Positions 10,535 through 20,453 of a DNA stretch of 64,000 nucleotides are shown here, in pieces. The DNA is taken from the IMG/VR virus record IMGVR_UViG_3300044991_001466; one strand, written 5' to 3'. Position 1 is the first letter of the stretch, and each line of letters starts with the position of its first letter. A model generated the notes under the pieces. It saw only the letters and a list, made by a program, of their open reading frames with translations. It had not been told where the DNA came from and did not search any database. The position numbers and the translations under genes were made by a program. This DNA comes from a virus. Lineage: Duplodnaviria; Caudoviricetes.

Positions 10535-12999
10535 TGACAGTAGTAAAAAGAAGAGTTCCAAGTTTGGCCGCAAGCGGTAATCAAACCTTTAGTGATAGTT
10601 TAGTCGGTGTACAAATTACCGACGGAAGCTCACAACTGGCGAACACGAACTTTGCTGTTGATAAAATTATACCAGAAAAAGATAGTAAAAATTTTAAAAC
10701 ATCACCATTTTCTGAATTTTTAACATTAGATAATTTAAAGACTGAAGAAGATGTTCCATCAACTCAAGATGGTAGTATTCAAAAAGATGAAAAGATAAAG
10801 TTTAAAGGTGGAATTGATGATGCAGGTAAATCACTTTATGGTTCATTAAAACAAAGATTAAATGTTTCTGTTGGTAAAATTATTACAAAATTTCCAGCAT
10901 CAATTTTAGTTGATAGTGATAGTCTTGTTAAATCATCAGATTATACCGCATCAGGAATTACATATAGTGCTATTACAACAAGTACAGATTTTTATGTTCA
11001 AAAATCAATCTTATATAACCCGTTTGATGTTGTTTTAGTTACACCAAGTAGTAACACAACACCAGCAACTAAAAATAAAATTAGAAATTTTTATTCCTCA
11101 TATAAAAAATATGTGGTTGATTATAGTGGTCAAACTTATAATATATTAAGTTATACTGAACCTGACGCAAACAATTTAATAAAATTAAGAGTATCGGGAA
11201 AACCATTTGGTACAGGTTCAACAATTAATGATAATTTTTTAATAAGACCGAACGATACGATTAATGAGGAGTTCTTTAAAAATTTAGATGACTTAGAAGA
11301 ACTATTATTAAATAGAGAATCTAATCCTAAATTTACTGCATCATTTAAAGTACCAAGAGATAGTTTTGACCAAACCACAACGGATATTATTTCTGTTGAC
11401 GTTTCATGGCCATTATCAAGAGACGGATGGAACCCACAAATTATTGGAACCAACTACGAATATTATGTTAGTAAGTTAAGTGACCTCGCTGATGAGATTG
11501 ATGATTATAAATCAAATTTAATTGTTAGATTTTTAACATCACCACAACTATTTGAATTTGATACCGAAGACCGAAAGGCGGAAGCGGTATTTCAATTATA
11601 CGGACAATCTTTTGATAGAGTTAAAAAATATATAGATAACATCGCCTTCATGAGGAATGTTAGTTATGATGGATTAAATAATGTTCCCGATATTTTATTA
11701 AAAAATTTATCAGAAACATTAGGTTTATCTACCGTTAATTTATTTAACGAGAAAAGTTTAAAAGACACAATACATACAAGAACAGACACACAATATTCGG
11801 GAGTATCGATTGGTAAAACATTAATTGAAGCTGAATATGAATTTTATAGGAGACTATTAACAAATTTAGCTTACCTATATAAATCAAAAGGTACAAGACA
11901 ATCTTTAGAATTCTTTTTAAAATTTTTAGGAGCACCAAATCAGTTAATTAGAATTAATGAATTTGTATATGATGTGAAATCTAAAATTAATTTAAATTAT
12001 TCTGGTGACACATATGAAACAGTACAAGGAACAAAAATAGATACCGTTATAACAGGAACAACTGCAGTTACGGGAAGTACTTTCATATATTATAGTGAGG
12101 GAACAACAGGATTAACAAGTGGTAACACTTTTAACACAGGTTCAATAACAGGGTCAACAAATCTAACATTAGATGAATATCCGATTGATGAGGACGGTCT
12201 ACCAAGAAAAGTTACAAGTTTAAATTCTGACATTTATTTCCAAAAAGGTTCGGGTTGGAATAATATCACGTTAGACCATAGGTCATCAAATATTATTGAT
12301 ACGGACTTATCAAGTGGTTCATTTGTTGATGGGGTTTTTCAATTAACAGGTAGAACTAAAACAATAAAAACAAAACCAAAAGATTATACGTATGGTGAAG
12401 ACTATTTTGATAGTTTTAGAACTTTAGATGGTCTTGATTATGGATTTGAATTAGAAAAAAGAATTGATAATAAGAAAGTTAGTGTTAGTGATGATGAAAC
12501 ATTATCTAAATTTATTTTAAATAGAAAAAACATTGAGGTTTATTTGGTACCGTCACAAGGAATTGAATATGACATATATAGACAAGGTAGAAATTTAGAA
12601 TTAACATTTGGTAATTTAATACCACAAACCGGAAGTACATTTGACAACTATATTGACACCGTATTGGGTCAAGTAATTACTAATTCAAATAGTGCTAAAT
12701 TTAGTAAATCATATAGTGGACTAACAAAAGTCTTTTATGATTACACAACCAACACAAACACAGGGTTTACTCCTTATAATTTTACATCAGTAAATGAATT
12801 CATTAATAAGATGAGTCCATATTGGATTCAAGTTGTTGAACAATTTGTTCCAGCAACTACGTTATGGACGGGTGGAAATTTAATTGGAAATAATATTTTC
12901 AATAGGTCAAAATACGATTATAGAAAACCAAGATATGGTGTTCCTGTGGTTAGTACAACTTATGATAGTGTAACATTTAATTGTGAAGAAATAGAATAA
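10534..12999 (+). CDS. putative baseplate wedge-like protein
   Basis: Contains LAYLYKSKGTRQSLEFFLKFLG, resembling the KGT motif of P2 gpI/T4 wedge-type baseplate proteins; structural context. Confidence 0.5.
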   Translation: MTVVKRRVPSLAASGNQTFSDSLVGVQITDGSSQLANTNFAVDKIIPEKDSKNFKTSPFSEFLTLDNLKTEEDVPSTQDGSIQKDEKIKFKGGIDDAGKSLYGSLKQRLNVSVGKIITKFPASILVDSDSLVKSSDYTASGITYSAITTSTDFYVQKSILYNPFDVVLVTPSSNTTPATKNKIRNFYSSYKKYVVDYSGQTYNILSYTEPDANNLIKLRVSGKPFGTGSTINDNFLIRPNDTINEEFFKNLDDLEELLLNRESNPKFTASFKVPRDSFDQTTTDIISVDVSWPLSRDGWNPQIIGTNYEYYVSKLSDLADEIDDYKSNLIVRFLTSPQLFEFDTEDRKAEAVFQLYGQSFDRVKKYIDNIAFMRNVSYDGLNNVPDILLKNLSETLGLSTVNLFNEKSLKDTIHTRTDTQYSGVSIGKTLIEAEYEFYRRLLTNLAYLYKSKGTRQSLEFFLKFLGAPNQLIRINEFVYDVKSKINLNYSGDTYETVQGTKIDTVITGTTAVTGSTFIYYSEGTTGLTSGNTFNTGSITGSTNLTLDEYPIDEDGLPRKVTSLNSDIYFQKGSGWNNITLDHRSSNIIDTDLSSGSFVDGVFQLTGRTKTIKTKPKDYTYGEDYFDSFRTLDGLDYGFELEKRIDNKKVSVSDDETLSKFILNRKNIEVYLVPSQGIEYDIYRQGRNLELTFGNLIPQTGSTFDNYIDTVLGQVITNSNSAKFSKSYSGLTKVFYDYTTNTNTGFTPYNFTSVNEFINKMSPYWIQVVEQFVPATTLWTGGNLIGNNIFNRSKYDYRKPRYGVPVVSTTYDSVTFNCEEIE

Positions 13000-13020
13000 T
13001 AATATAAATATTTATAACAT

Positions 13021-14538
13021 ATGAGCTTTTTAAAAACAGAATATTCAGCAACGGTCGCAGCGAGATTAACACAAAAGGGTAGAAACTCTATTGCAAAAGG
13101 TAATTTTGTTGTAAGTTACTTTGCGGTGGGAGATTCTGAATACAATTATAACGGAACCGCAAGTCAAAATACATTATCACCATTCGATAAAGACAGTCAT
13201 GTAAAATACCCATTGTGGTATACAAGTGGAAGTACATTTTTTGGAATACCAATAGACGGTTCAAATACTACAATATGTAAGAATTTAGTTACTGCAAATA
13301 GTGATTGGACATTGAGTACAGTTTGGGATAAAAATCCAATCGGATTAGCAAATTCGTATACAACTAACGCATATGTAGGTGTTAAAAATTTATTAGGTTA
13401 TTCATCATCTTCAGGACAAACATATAATACTGGCACAACAATATATGACACTTTTGGAACTGGAGTAACCATTTCACCTGAAGAACAAAAAGCAATTGCA
13501 ATATTACATTATACACAGAGCGGAACCACTGGTGACCCTTATAGATTTTTTAAGTATGATGATTACATCTGTATAGATAACACAACAGGTCAAACATCGT
13601 TTAATGTTACATTGACCTCAATTATGTATCACAGATCATCATTGGGAACATCTGGTGCAACATTTACAATGGGAACCGTTGATAAAAAAATGGTATCTAA
13701 TTATAATTCAAGATATGAATTACCATATAGAGATTTAGTAGATTCACAAACTAATAGAGTTGGTAAAATATTTCACAATCAAAAACTTGTAGTATTTGAT
13801 GATGAGGAAATTGTTGCAGCATTAGACACATCATCATCAAGAAATTACACATTAACAGCACCAAAAGTTGATGTACTTGTTACAAGTAATAGTCCAATTA
13901 CAGATTTAACCGTTGGTAAAACTATGTGGGTTACCTATAAATTTGGAGGAGGAACAGTATCGGACGACTTACCTTGTAATTATTTTATGAAAGTCACAGG
14001 GTCAACTAATGATGAGAATGTTACTGTTAAATTTAATAGTGGTGGATTTAAACATTTAAATAGTGGTTATACCGCAACAGAATTTCATATATTAACTCAA
14101 ATTAATACAGGACAAACACCTTCAAGTAGTTTGTGGTACAAAAGAGATTATACACTCGATTTAGGTGGAGATATTAATAATATTAAAACTGGACATACAT
14201 TTACAATTAATCAAACCAAAATTGCCGAAGCAATTGCTGGTGGAACTTATTCATCAGGTCTATCTTCTTTTGGAACAGATAGGGCATTGACAGGAGCCAC
14301 AATATCTGGTACAGTTGCATTGGTAAGATCAAGTGATATTGAAGAAATGGTGTTTAATTTAAACTTACCTACTAACACATTCAAAACATCTCAAAACCCA
14401 ACGTATGTTTCAGGGAACCCAAAGATTACAGAAGTTGCATTACTTAATTCCAATAAAGAAACATTGGCGATGGGTAAATTAGCTTCTCCAATACCAAGAG
14501 ATGGTAATCAAGTAATCCAAGTTAAAATAGATTTCTAA
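13021..14538 (+). CDS. putative tail-collar/baseplate-fibre attachment protein
   Basis: N-terminal LTQKGR...YFAVGDSE and C-terminal ITEVALLN...LAMGKLASPI..., the split pattern seen in tail-collar fibre proteins. Confidence 0.5.
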   Translation: MSFLKTEYSATVAARLTQKGRNSIAKGNFVVSYFAVGDSEYNYNGTASQNTLSPFDKDSHVKYPLWYTSGSTFFGIPIDGSNTTICKNLVTANSDWTLSTVWDKNPIGLANSYTTNAYVGVKNLLGYSSSSGQTYNTGTTIYDTFGTGVTISPEEQKAIAILHYTQSGTTGDPYRFFKYDDYICIDNTTGQTSFNVTLTSIMYHRSSLGTSGATFTMGTVDKKMVSNYNSRYELPYRDLVDSQTNRVGKIFHNQKLVVFDDEEIVAALDTSSSRNYTLTAPKVDVLVTSNSPITDLTVGKTMWVTYKFGGGTVSDDLPCNYFMKVTGSTNDENVTVKFNSGGFKHLNSGYTATEFHILTQINTGQTPSSSLWYKRDYTLDLGGDINNIKTGHTFTINQTKIAEAIAGGTYSSGLSSFGTDRALTGATISGTVALVRSSDIEEMVFNLNLPTNTFKTSQNPTYVSGNPKITEVALLNSNKETLAMGKLASPIPRDGNQVIQVKIDF

Positions 14539-14577
14539 AGCTTTACATTTAAACTTATTAGGTTTAAATTTTATATT

Positions 14578-15186
14578 ATGATTACAGATGTAAAATTTAA
14601 AAACAAACCAAAAATTCTTGGTTTGGATATAAGTACAAAAACCATAGGTTTTGCTTTATTTGATATAAGTGGTTCTAAATTATTGGAATTAACTCACTTC
14701 TCCCCAAAAATTAAGCCTCAACCAGAAGATAAGTTAGAAGAACTTATGATGAAAGCAAATGCATTTCAGAAAGTTTTAGATAACTATAAAGACATGGGTA
14801 TAACTCGTGTTATCATTGAAGAACCATTATTGAATTCAAATAACGTTTATACCGTAGGTACATTACTAAGATATAACACATTAATTTGTAAACTTATTTA
14901 CGATAATTTTCAAATCGTACCAACATTCATATCAACATATAACGCAAGAAAATTTGCATTTCCTGATTTGGTTGGACCAAATGATAAAGGACGTAATGTA
15001 TTATTTGGAGGTTATCCAAAAGATATCGACAAGAAAAAAGTAATATGGGAACATGTTAATGATGTTTGTCCTGATATTAATTGGTTAAAAGGAAAGAATG
15101 ATGTTTTGAAGAAAGAAAATTTTGATATGGCGGATGCGGTAACTTGTGTTATTGGTTATTTCAACATGATTAAACAAGAAAAATAA
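14578..15186 (+). CDS. RuvC-like Holliday junction resolvase
   Basis: RNase H-fold motifs ILGLDISTKTIGFA, IIEEP and DMADAV. Confidence 0.8.
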   Translation: MITDVKFKNKPKILGLDISTKTIGFALFDISGSKLLELTHFSPKIKPQPEDKLEELMMKANAFQKVLDNYKDMGITRVIIEEPLLNSNNVYTVGTLLRYNTLICKLIYDNFQIVPTFISTYNARKFAFPDLVGPNDKGRNVLFGGYPKDIDKKKVIWEHVNDVCPDINWLKGKNDVLKKENFDMADAVTCVIGYFNMIKQEK

Positions 15187-15278
15187 TATCCGGCAACTCA
15201 TATTTCATTATAAGAGTTGTTTGTGTTATACTTATTAATAGGACGGGACAGAGCGTAAAAAACTTTGTTTGGTTGGTA

Positions 15279-15314
15279 GGGAGTCGATGTGGTGGTCGGC
15301 TCCCATTTTTTTTT
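15279..15314 (+). terminator. intrinsic terminator
   Basis: GGGAGTCGA / TCGGCTCCC stem (one G-U pair), 8-nt loop, followed by A plus T9. Confidence 0.7.
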
Positions 15315-15343
15315 ATCATATTTTTTTCTTATAATTCTACTGT

Positions 15344-16285
15344 ATGAACAATCAAGAAGTAGATTATACCGCAATTTTTGAGATACTAGAAGATATTTTT
15401 GGTGACTATAAAAATCATAGTGACTATAAATCTCAGGTTAGTTTTGATTGTCCGGTTTGCTCATATGATATTAAAAGTTTAGACCACGGAGATGGAAAGG
15501 GTAATTTAGAAATCAATTATAGGTATGGGGTTTATAAATGTTGGGTGTGTGCTGAATCACATGAAACACATGGGTCTATCTATAAACTAATTAAAAAATA
15601 TGGTAATCCTAAACAACTCAAAAAATATCTTTTATTAAAACCCGAAGAACAACACGACGGAGTAAAAAAAGTATATAATCAAATTAAGTTGCCGTCAGAA
15701 TTTATTCCATTCAAAGATGCAAGTTTTGGAATGAAATTAACTCCCGGTTATAAACAAGCTTACAACTACATTAAAAGAAGAAACATTACTGATTTAATGT
15801 TACAGATTTATAATATTGGATTTTGTGCTACGGGAATATATGAAAATAGAATTATTATTCCATCTTATGATGAGAACAATAGAATAAATTATTTCATTGC
15901 TCGTTCATACTTGAACAATACAAAAATGAAATATAAAAATCCACAGGCACAAAAAGAGATTATAATATTCAACGAGAAATTAATTGATTGGAATGAAACT
16001 GTTTATATAGTTGAAGGCGCATTCGACAGTATATTCATTCCAAATGCAATTCCAATGTTAGGTAAATTTATGAGTGAACATTTATTCAATAAACTTTACA
16101 ATAACGCAAAAAAAATTATAATAGTGTTAGACCCTGATGCATATAACGACCAAGAGAGATTGTATCATAGATTGAATTGTGGTAAGTTAATGGGTAAGGT
16201 GTGGTCAATAAAATTAGAGGGGGATAAAGATATTGCCGATTTAAAAGGTGATTTAAGTGAGTATAAAATAAAAAAAATAGAATAA
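15344..16285 (+). CDS. DNA primase (Zn-finger + TOPRIM)
   Basis: CPVC...CWVC zinc finger; TOPRIM motifs IVEGAFD and LDPDA; RIIIP...YFIAR. Confidence 0.8.
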   Translation: MNNQEVDYTAIFEILEDIFGDYKNHSDYKSQVSFDCPVCSYDIKSLDHGDGKGNLEINYRYGVYKCWVCAESHETHGSIYKLIKKYGNPKQLKKYLLLKPEEQHDGVKKVYNQIKLPSEFIPFKDASFGMKLTPGYKQAYNYIKRRNITDLMLQIYNIGFCATGIYENRIIIPSYDENNRINYFIARSYLNNTKMKYKNPQAQKEIIIFNEKLIDWNETVYIVEGAFDSIFIPNAIPMLGKFMSEHLFNKLYNNAKKIIIVLDPDAYNDQERLYHRLNCGKLMGKVWSIKLEGDKDIADLKGDLSEYKIKKIE

Positions 16286-17155
16286 ATGAATTTAAAAGAC
16301 ATCTCATTAGAGATTAATGACTTATTAGAAAAAAGAAGAAAAGAATTAGAGTTAACCTTTATTGAAGAGGAACACATCTATTATATGAAAGATGTTGATG
16401 GTGAAATTAAAAAGAACTTCCCATCGGTATCTAAAATTATAAAAAAATTCTATAAACCATTTGACGCTGACGGTATGGCATTGAAGATGTCTAAAGGTGA
16501 TCCTGAAGGGCAAGCAAATTTGCTTGCGGAATGGAAACAAGCTGGTGACCTATCAACCAATATGGGTAGTAGAGTTCACTTTGAATTGGAATCTGATTTG
16601 ATTGGTCGTTTTGATAACTACAAAGAAGTTAGACAACCATTATTTGATATCAATGAAGAACAACAACGTAAGAGTGATAACATGATTGTTGCGGGAAAAC
16701 AATTTCTTGATTTAATGTTAGAGAGAGGTGGGGTGTTATTAGATACTGAAATTGTATTAGGTGACCCTAATGAACAATATACAGGACAACCTGATAAAGT
16801 TTGGTTAATGGAAAATAAAACTAAAGATGATTTTGGATTTGTTATAACAGATTGGAAGACGAATCAACCAAAGAACTTTGAGGTACATCATTATACTGGT
16901 AAATTATATCCACCATTTAGTGAATATCACGATAACGCACTAAGTCATTATTATTTACAACTACCATTATATGGAAGATTATTACGTAAGATGTTAGAAG
17001 GTACGAAATATAACGACACCAAATTATTAGGTAATGTGGTTGTTTTATTAAAAGAAGACGGAACATTTGTTGAATATAAAGTTCCACCACAAATTAACAA
17101 CACAATCCAAACAATGGATTTAACAAAATATATTTCAAGATGGTCAAAAAAATAA
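16286..17155 (+). CDS. PD-(D/E)XK exonuclease (RecB/Cas4-like)
   Basis: PSVSKII, GSRVHFELE, GQPDKV, ITDWKT and YYLQLPLY motifs. Confidence 0.75.
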   Translation: MNLKDISLEINDLLEKRRKELELTFIEEEHIYYMKDVDGEIKKNFPSVSKIIKKFYKPFDADGMALKMSKGDPEGQANLLAEWKQAGDLSTNMGSRVHFELESDLIGRFDNYKEVRQPLFDINEEQQRKSDNMIVAGKQFLDLMLERGGVLLDTEIVLGDPNEQYTGQPDKVWLMENKTKDDFGFVITDWKTNQPKNFEVHHYTGKLYPPFSEYHDNALSHYYLQLPLYGRLLRKMLEGTKYNDTKLLGNVVVLLKEDGTFVEYKVPPQINNTIQTMDLTKYISRWSKK

Positions 17156-17964
17156 TTCACATTGCAGATTTACATATTCGTACAATTCAAATGCATGATT
17201 TATACAAAGAACAGTTTCAAAAACTGTTGGATGAATTAAGTGTAAAATTTTTAGAATGGGCAGATGAAAATATATCGCATAACGAAATTAGAATTGTTGT
17301 TGCGGGTGATATCGCACATCAAAAAATTAATATTTCAAATGAACAATTATTATTAACGAGTTGGTTTTTAAAAGAGTTAACTCGTTTTGGTAAGGTTGTA
17401 ATAATACCAGGTAATCACGACTTCTTGGAGAATAATACACAACGTATGGATAGTATAACACCAGTCGTTCAATTATTAGACAATCAACATATCACATACC
17501 TAAAAGATAGTGGTGATTATGTTGATACCGATGGTAGCGTTCAATGGGTTGTTTATTCATTATATCAACACAACGTAAGACCTGAATTTACAAAACAAGA
17601 AGGTTTATTAACGGTTGGACTGTTCCATGGACCGATTATGGGGTTATCGACAGACTTAGGTTTTGAGTTTGAAGATGCGTATGACCAATTAAACTTTGTC
17701 GATTTGGATTTATTGTTATGTGGTGACATTCATAAGAGACAACAATTCACATTACCTAGTGGTGGTAAAGCAATTATGGTCGGTAGTCTTATTCAGCAAA
17801 ACTTTGGTGAAACAGTTAAACATCATGGTTACGGAGTTTATGACGTAGAGACAGATGGATATACATTTCACGATTTACCAAATGAACAATCATTTCTTCA
17901 TTTTACAATAAACGATATTAAAGACATAGAAAATGGAGAAGAAGTTCACGTTAACATTGGATAA
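17140..17964 (+). CDS. sbcD: SbcD/Mre11 (T4 gp47-like) nuclease subunit, C-terminally short
   Basis: Metallophosphoesterase motifs HIADLH, AGDIAH, PGNHD, FHG and GDIHK. Confidence 0.85.
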   Translation: MVKKIIHIADLHIRTIQMHDLYKEQFQKLLDELSVKFLEWADENISHNEIRIVVAGDIAHQKINISNEQLLLTSWFLKELTRFGKVVIIPGNHDFLENNTQRMDSITPVVQLLDNQHITYLKDSGDYVDTDGSVQWVVYSLYQHNVRPEFTKQEGLLTVGLFHGPIMGLSTDLGFEFEDAYDQLNFVDLDLLLCGDIHKRQQFTLPSGGKAIMVGSLIQQNFGETVKHHGYGVYDVETDGYTFHDLPNEQSFLHFTINDIKDIENGEEVHVNIG

Positions 17965-18472
17965 TGAATTTTCGCAGTATTGTGAATTAAATAACATTAA
18001 AGATGTTAATAAATTGGGTAAGGAAACATTCAATAGAGGGTTCTCACTGTTGAAATATGGAGAAACACCATACGGACAAAGAACTAAAGAAATTGTAGAG
18101 GTACCTAAAGAAACCATTAAAGAAATTATCGTTGAAAAGATTGTAGAACGAATTGTAGAGGTGCCGGTTGAAGTCATTAGGGAGGTTATTAAAGAAGTAA
18201 GAATAGAGGTACCTATTGAGGTGATTAGAGAGGTTATTATTGAAAAACAAGGTAAGACTAAGACGGTAACAAAAGAGGTCATTAAAGAGGTTCCTGTTGA
18301 AAAGATAGTTGAAGTTACAAGGGAGGTTTTTAACAATTCGGAAATTGATAAACTTAAGTCTGAAAATGAAAAATTGAGAAATGAATTGGATAAAATAACC
18401 AGTTCCTTAAATAACTTAGGTAAAGGGAGGATGATGAAGAAGAGTGATTTATCAAATTTATATGACGAGTAA
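17933..18472 (+). CDS. hypothetical protein with VEVP(V/I)E repeats and coiled coil
   Basis: Repeated VEVPVEVIREVIKEV motifs. Confidence 0.6.
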   Translation: MEKKFTLTLDNEFSQYCELNNIKDVNKLGKETFNRGFSLLKYGETPYGQRTKEIVEVPKETIKEIIVEKIVERIVEVPVEVIREVIKEVRIEVPIEVIREVIIEKQGKTKTVTKEVIKEVPVEKIVEVTREVFNNSEIDKLKSENEKLRNELDKITSSLNNLGKGRMMKKSDLSNLYDE

Positions 18473-18537
18473 TTTCCGGCAACTCACTTTTTTTTACGGA
18501 ATGTTTTCTCTATATTTTAAATAATAAACTAATAATT

Positions 18538-18846
18538 ATGATACTACTATTTTGGGTTTTAGCGGCATACGGGATGACATCAATTCTTGTTTGGGGTAAA
18601 ATTTTCGACAATCAAAGAGAATGGATTAAGAAACATTCTAAATTTTTTGGTGATTTAATTAGTTGTACACTTTGTACATCGACATGGGTTGGTTTCTTTA
18701 TGTCACTTGTTTTAGGTGGATTAACTAAAAATTATTTTAACACGCCATGGTTCATGTCTTTATTTTTTGATGGGATGTTTACTGCTGGTTCAGTATGGGC
18801 AATCAACGCCATAATCGAATTTTTCGAAGAGAATAGAATTAAATAA
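18538..18846 (+). CDS. DUF1360-like membrane protein
   Basis: Hydrophobic helices with GDLISCTLCTSTWV (C-x2-C-x3-W). Confidence 0.65.
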   Translation: MILLFWVLAAYGMTSILVWGKIFDNQREWIKKHSKFFGDLISCTLCTSTWVGFFMSLVLGGLTKNYFNTPWFMSLFFDGMFTAGSVWAINAIIEFFEENRIK

Positions 18847-18850
18847 TCAC

Positions 18851-19645
18851 ATGGCAATTACTAAAAAAGAGAAAGGGTATTTGAAAAGACAGTTAAATTT
18901 ATTTCAAGAGGAAGTTTTTATTGATATTCCTTTAAAGAACGCAGTTAATAGAAAATCTAAGAATTCATCATATAGAAGATTTTTTCCTAACAACACCATA
19001 TTTGATAAAGTATTTGATTTAGTAAGTGATATTGGCACGGCAATGCAATCCTTAGCGATATCAGAAGGTATTAAGTTAGAAACATATATTTTTGATGAAT
19101 TTAAGGGAGAAAAACATGAAGACATTAAATTTGAAAATGTTATTAAAATAATTAACAATAAACCAAATGAAACCATTTTATTTAAAAGAGTTAAAATAAC
19201 TAAAAATATTTTAAATGAAAATACAACATATACACATAACAGATCTAAATCATTACATTTAGATTTATTAATTTTACATGAAAATGAATTATATATTGAT
19301 GAAGTAAAAGATGGTATGAGTTTAGACACCAAAAAAAGTGATGCGGAAATTACTGAAATAAAAATGGTAAAAGAATTATGTGAAAATAAAACAAACTTAA
19401 AATGTAAATCAAGTATTATATTATGGACATGTCAAGATTTATCAAATGCATCGATTAAAAGTGACGAAGCGAGTGATTATATTGTAATAGGTAGGGATTT
19501 ATGTGAAATTTTAAATGTTAGTTTTGATGATATTGAAAATAAAAGATACCAATCAAATCGACATAATGGAGAATTTGCCATGAATTATATAAAAGAAATA
19601 AATGAAGAAATTATAAAAATAGAAAAAAATGAAACCACTCTGTAA
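18851..19645 (+). CDS. putative PD-(D/E)XK restriction endonuclease
   Basis: LDLLILHENELYIDEVKDG...LDTKKS fits D-x(n)-E-x-K; the ORF overlaps an adjacent DNA MTase. Confidence 0.5.
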   Translation: MAITKKEKGYLKRQLNLFQEEVFIDIPLKNAVNRKSKNSSYRRFFPNNTIFDKVFDLVSDIGTAMQSLAISEGIKLETYIFDEFKGEKHEDIKFENVIKIINNKPNETILFKRVKITKNILNENTTYTHNRSKSLHLDLLILHENELYIDEVKDGMSLDTKKSDAEITEIKMVKELCENKTNLKCKSSIILWTCQDLSNASIKSDEASDYIVIGRDLCEILNVSFDDIENKRYQSNRHNGEFAMNYIKEINEEIIKIEKNETTL

Positions 19646-20453
19646 ATGGTCGGGAGGCAAAAGAAATGAAATAAAGTTGTTTCAAAAATACTATCCACAA
19701 GAATTTAATGTTTATATTGAACCATTTATCGGAGGAGGAGCCGTTTATTTTGATTTGAATTTTAAAGGTAAAAATGTTATTAATGATGTTCATCCAGATT
19801 TAGTTAATTTTTATAAAATGATTGCAGATGGTCATAGTAAAGAAATTTACGATTTAGCTAGTTCTTGGGGAACTACTGAGATTGATTTTTATATTGTGAG
19901 AGGGGGTAGTAAACAAAAATTAAAAAACGGTGAACTACCTTTTGTTCCAAAAAACGATATTGAAAGAGCCGCACAATTTTATTATTTAAGAAAAACTTGT
20001 TTTAGAGGAATGATTAGATATAACGATGAAGGTAAATTCAATATCCCATGGGGAAGATATAAAACAGTTAATTTTGAGGATTTATTAGTACCGGATTACA
20101 ATCATCTTTTAAATAGAACTGATGTAAGTTTAGGTGATTACAAACATATCTTTGAAAAATACAATTCACCTGATAATTTTGTTTTTTTAGACCCACCGTA
20201 CGATTCTGAATTTAATGATTATGGTTTTGATGATTTTAATAGACAATCTCAAATAGAGTTGGCTGAAATTTTTAAAACAACTAAAAATAAATGTTTAATG
20301 GTGATATCCGAAACTGATTTTATTAAAAATCTTTATAAGGATTTTATTGTTGGAACATACCCTAAAAAATATGCATTCAAAATATATAAAGGTAGAATTG
20401 GTGATGAAATCGATAAAAATCATCTTATTATAATGAATTATAAAAATGAGTAA
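19629..20453 (+). CDS. dam: Dam-family (D12 class) N6-adenine DNA methyltransferase
   Basis: KWSGGK, YIEPFIGGGAV and FLDPPY motifs. Confidence 0.85.
   Translation: MKPLCKWSGGKRNEIKLFQKYYPQEFNVYIEPFIGGGAVYFDLNFKGKNVINDVHPDLVNFYKMIADGHSKEIYDLASSWGTTEIDFYIVRGGSKQKLKNGELPFVPKNDIERAAQFYYLRKTCFRGMIRYNDEGKFNIPWGRYKTVNFEDLLVPDYNHLLNRTDVSLGDYKHIFEKYNSPDNFVFLDPPYDSEFNDYGFDDFNRQSQIELAEIFKTTKNKCLMVISETDFIKNLYKDFIVGTYPKKYAFKIYKGRIGDEIDKNHLIIMNYKNE

Noticed and set aside
14547-14569. Inverted repeat ATTTAAAC-N7-GTTTAAAT before ruvC
   Set aside because: Almost entirely A/T and short, so likely by chance; possible operator but unsupported.
17890-18336. 148-aa minus-strand ORF opposite the VEVP-repeat gene
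   Set aside because: Antisense shadow of the repeat region.
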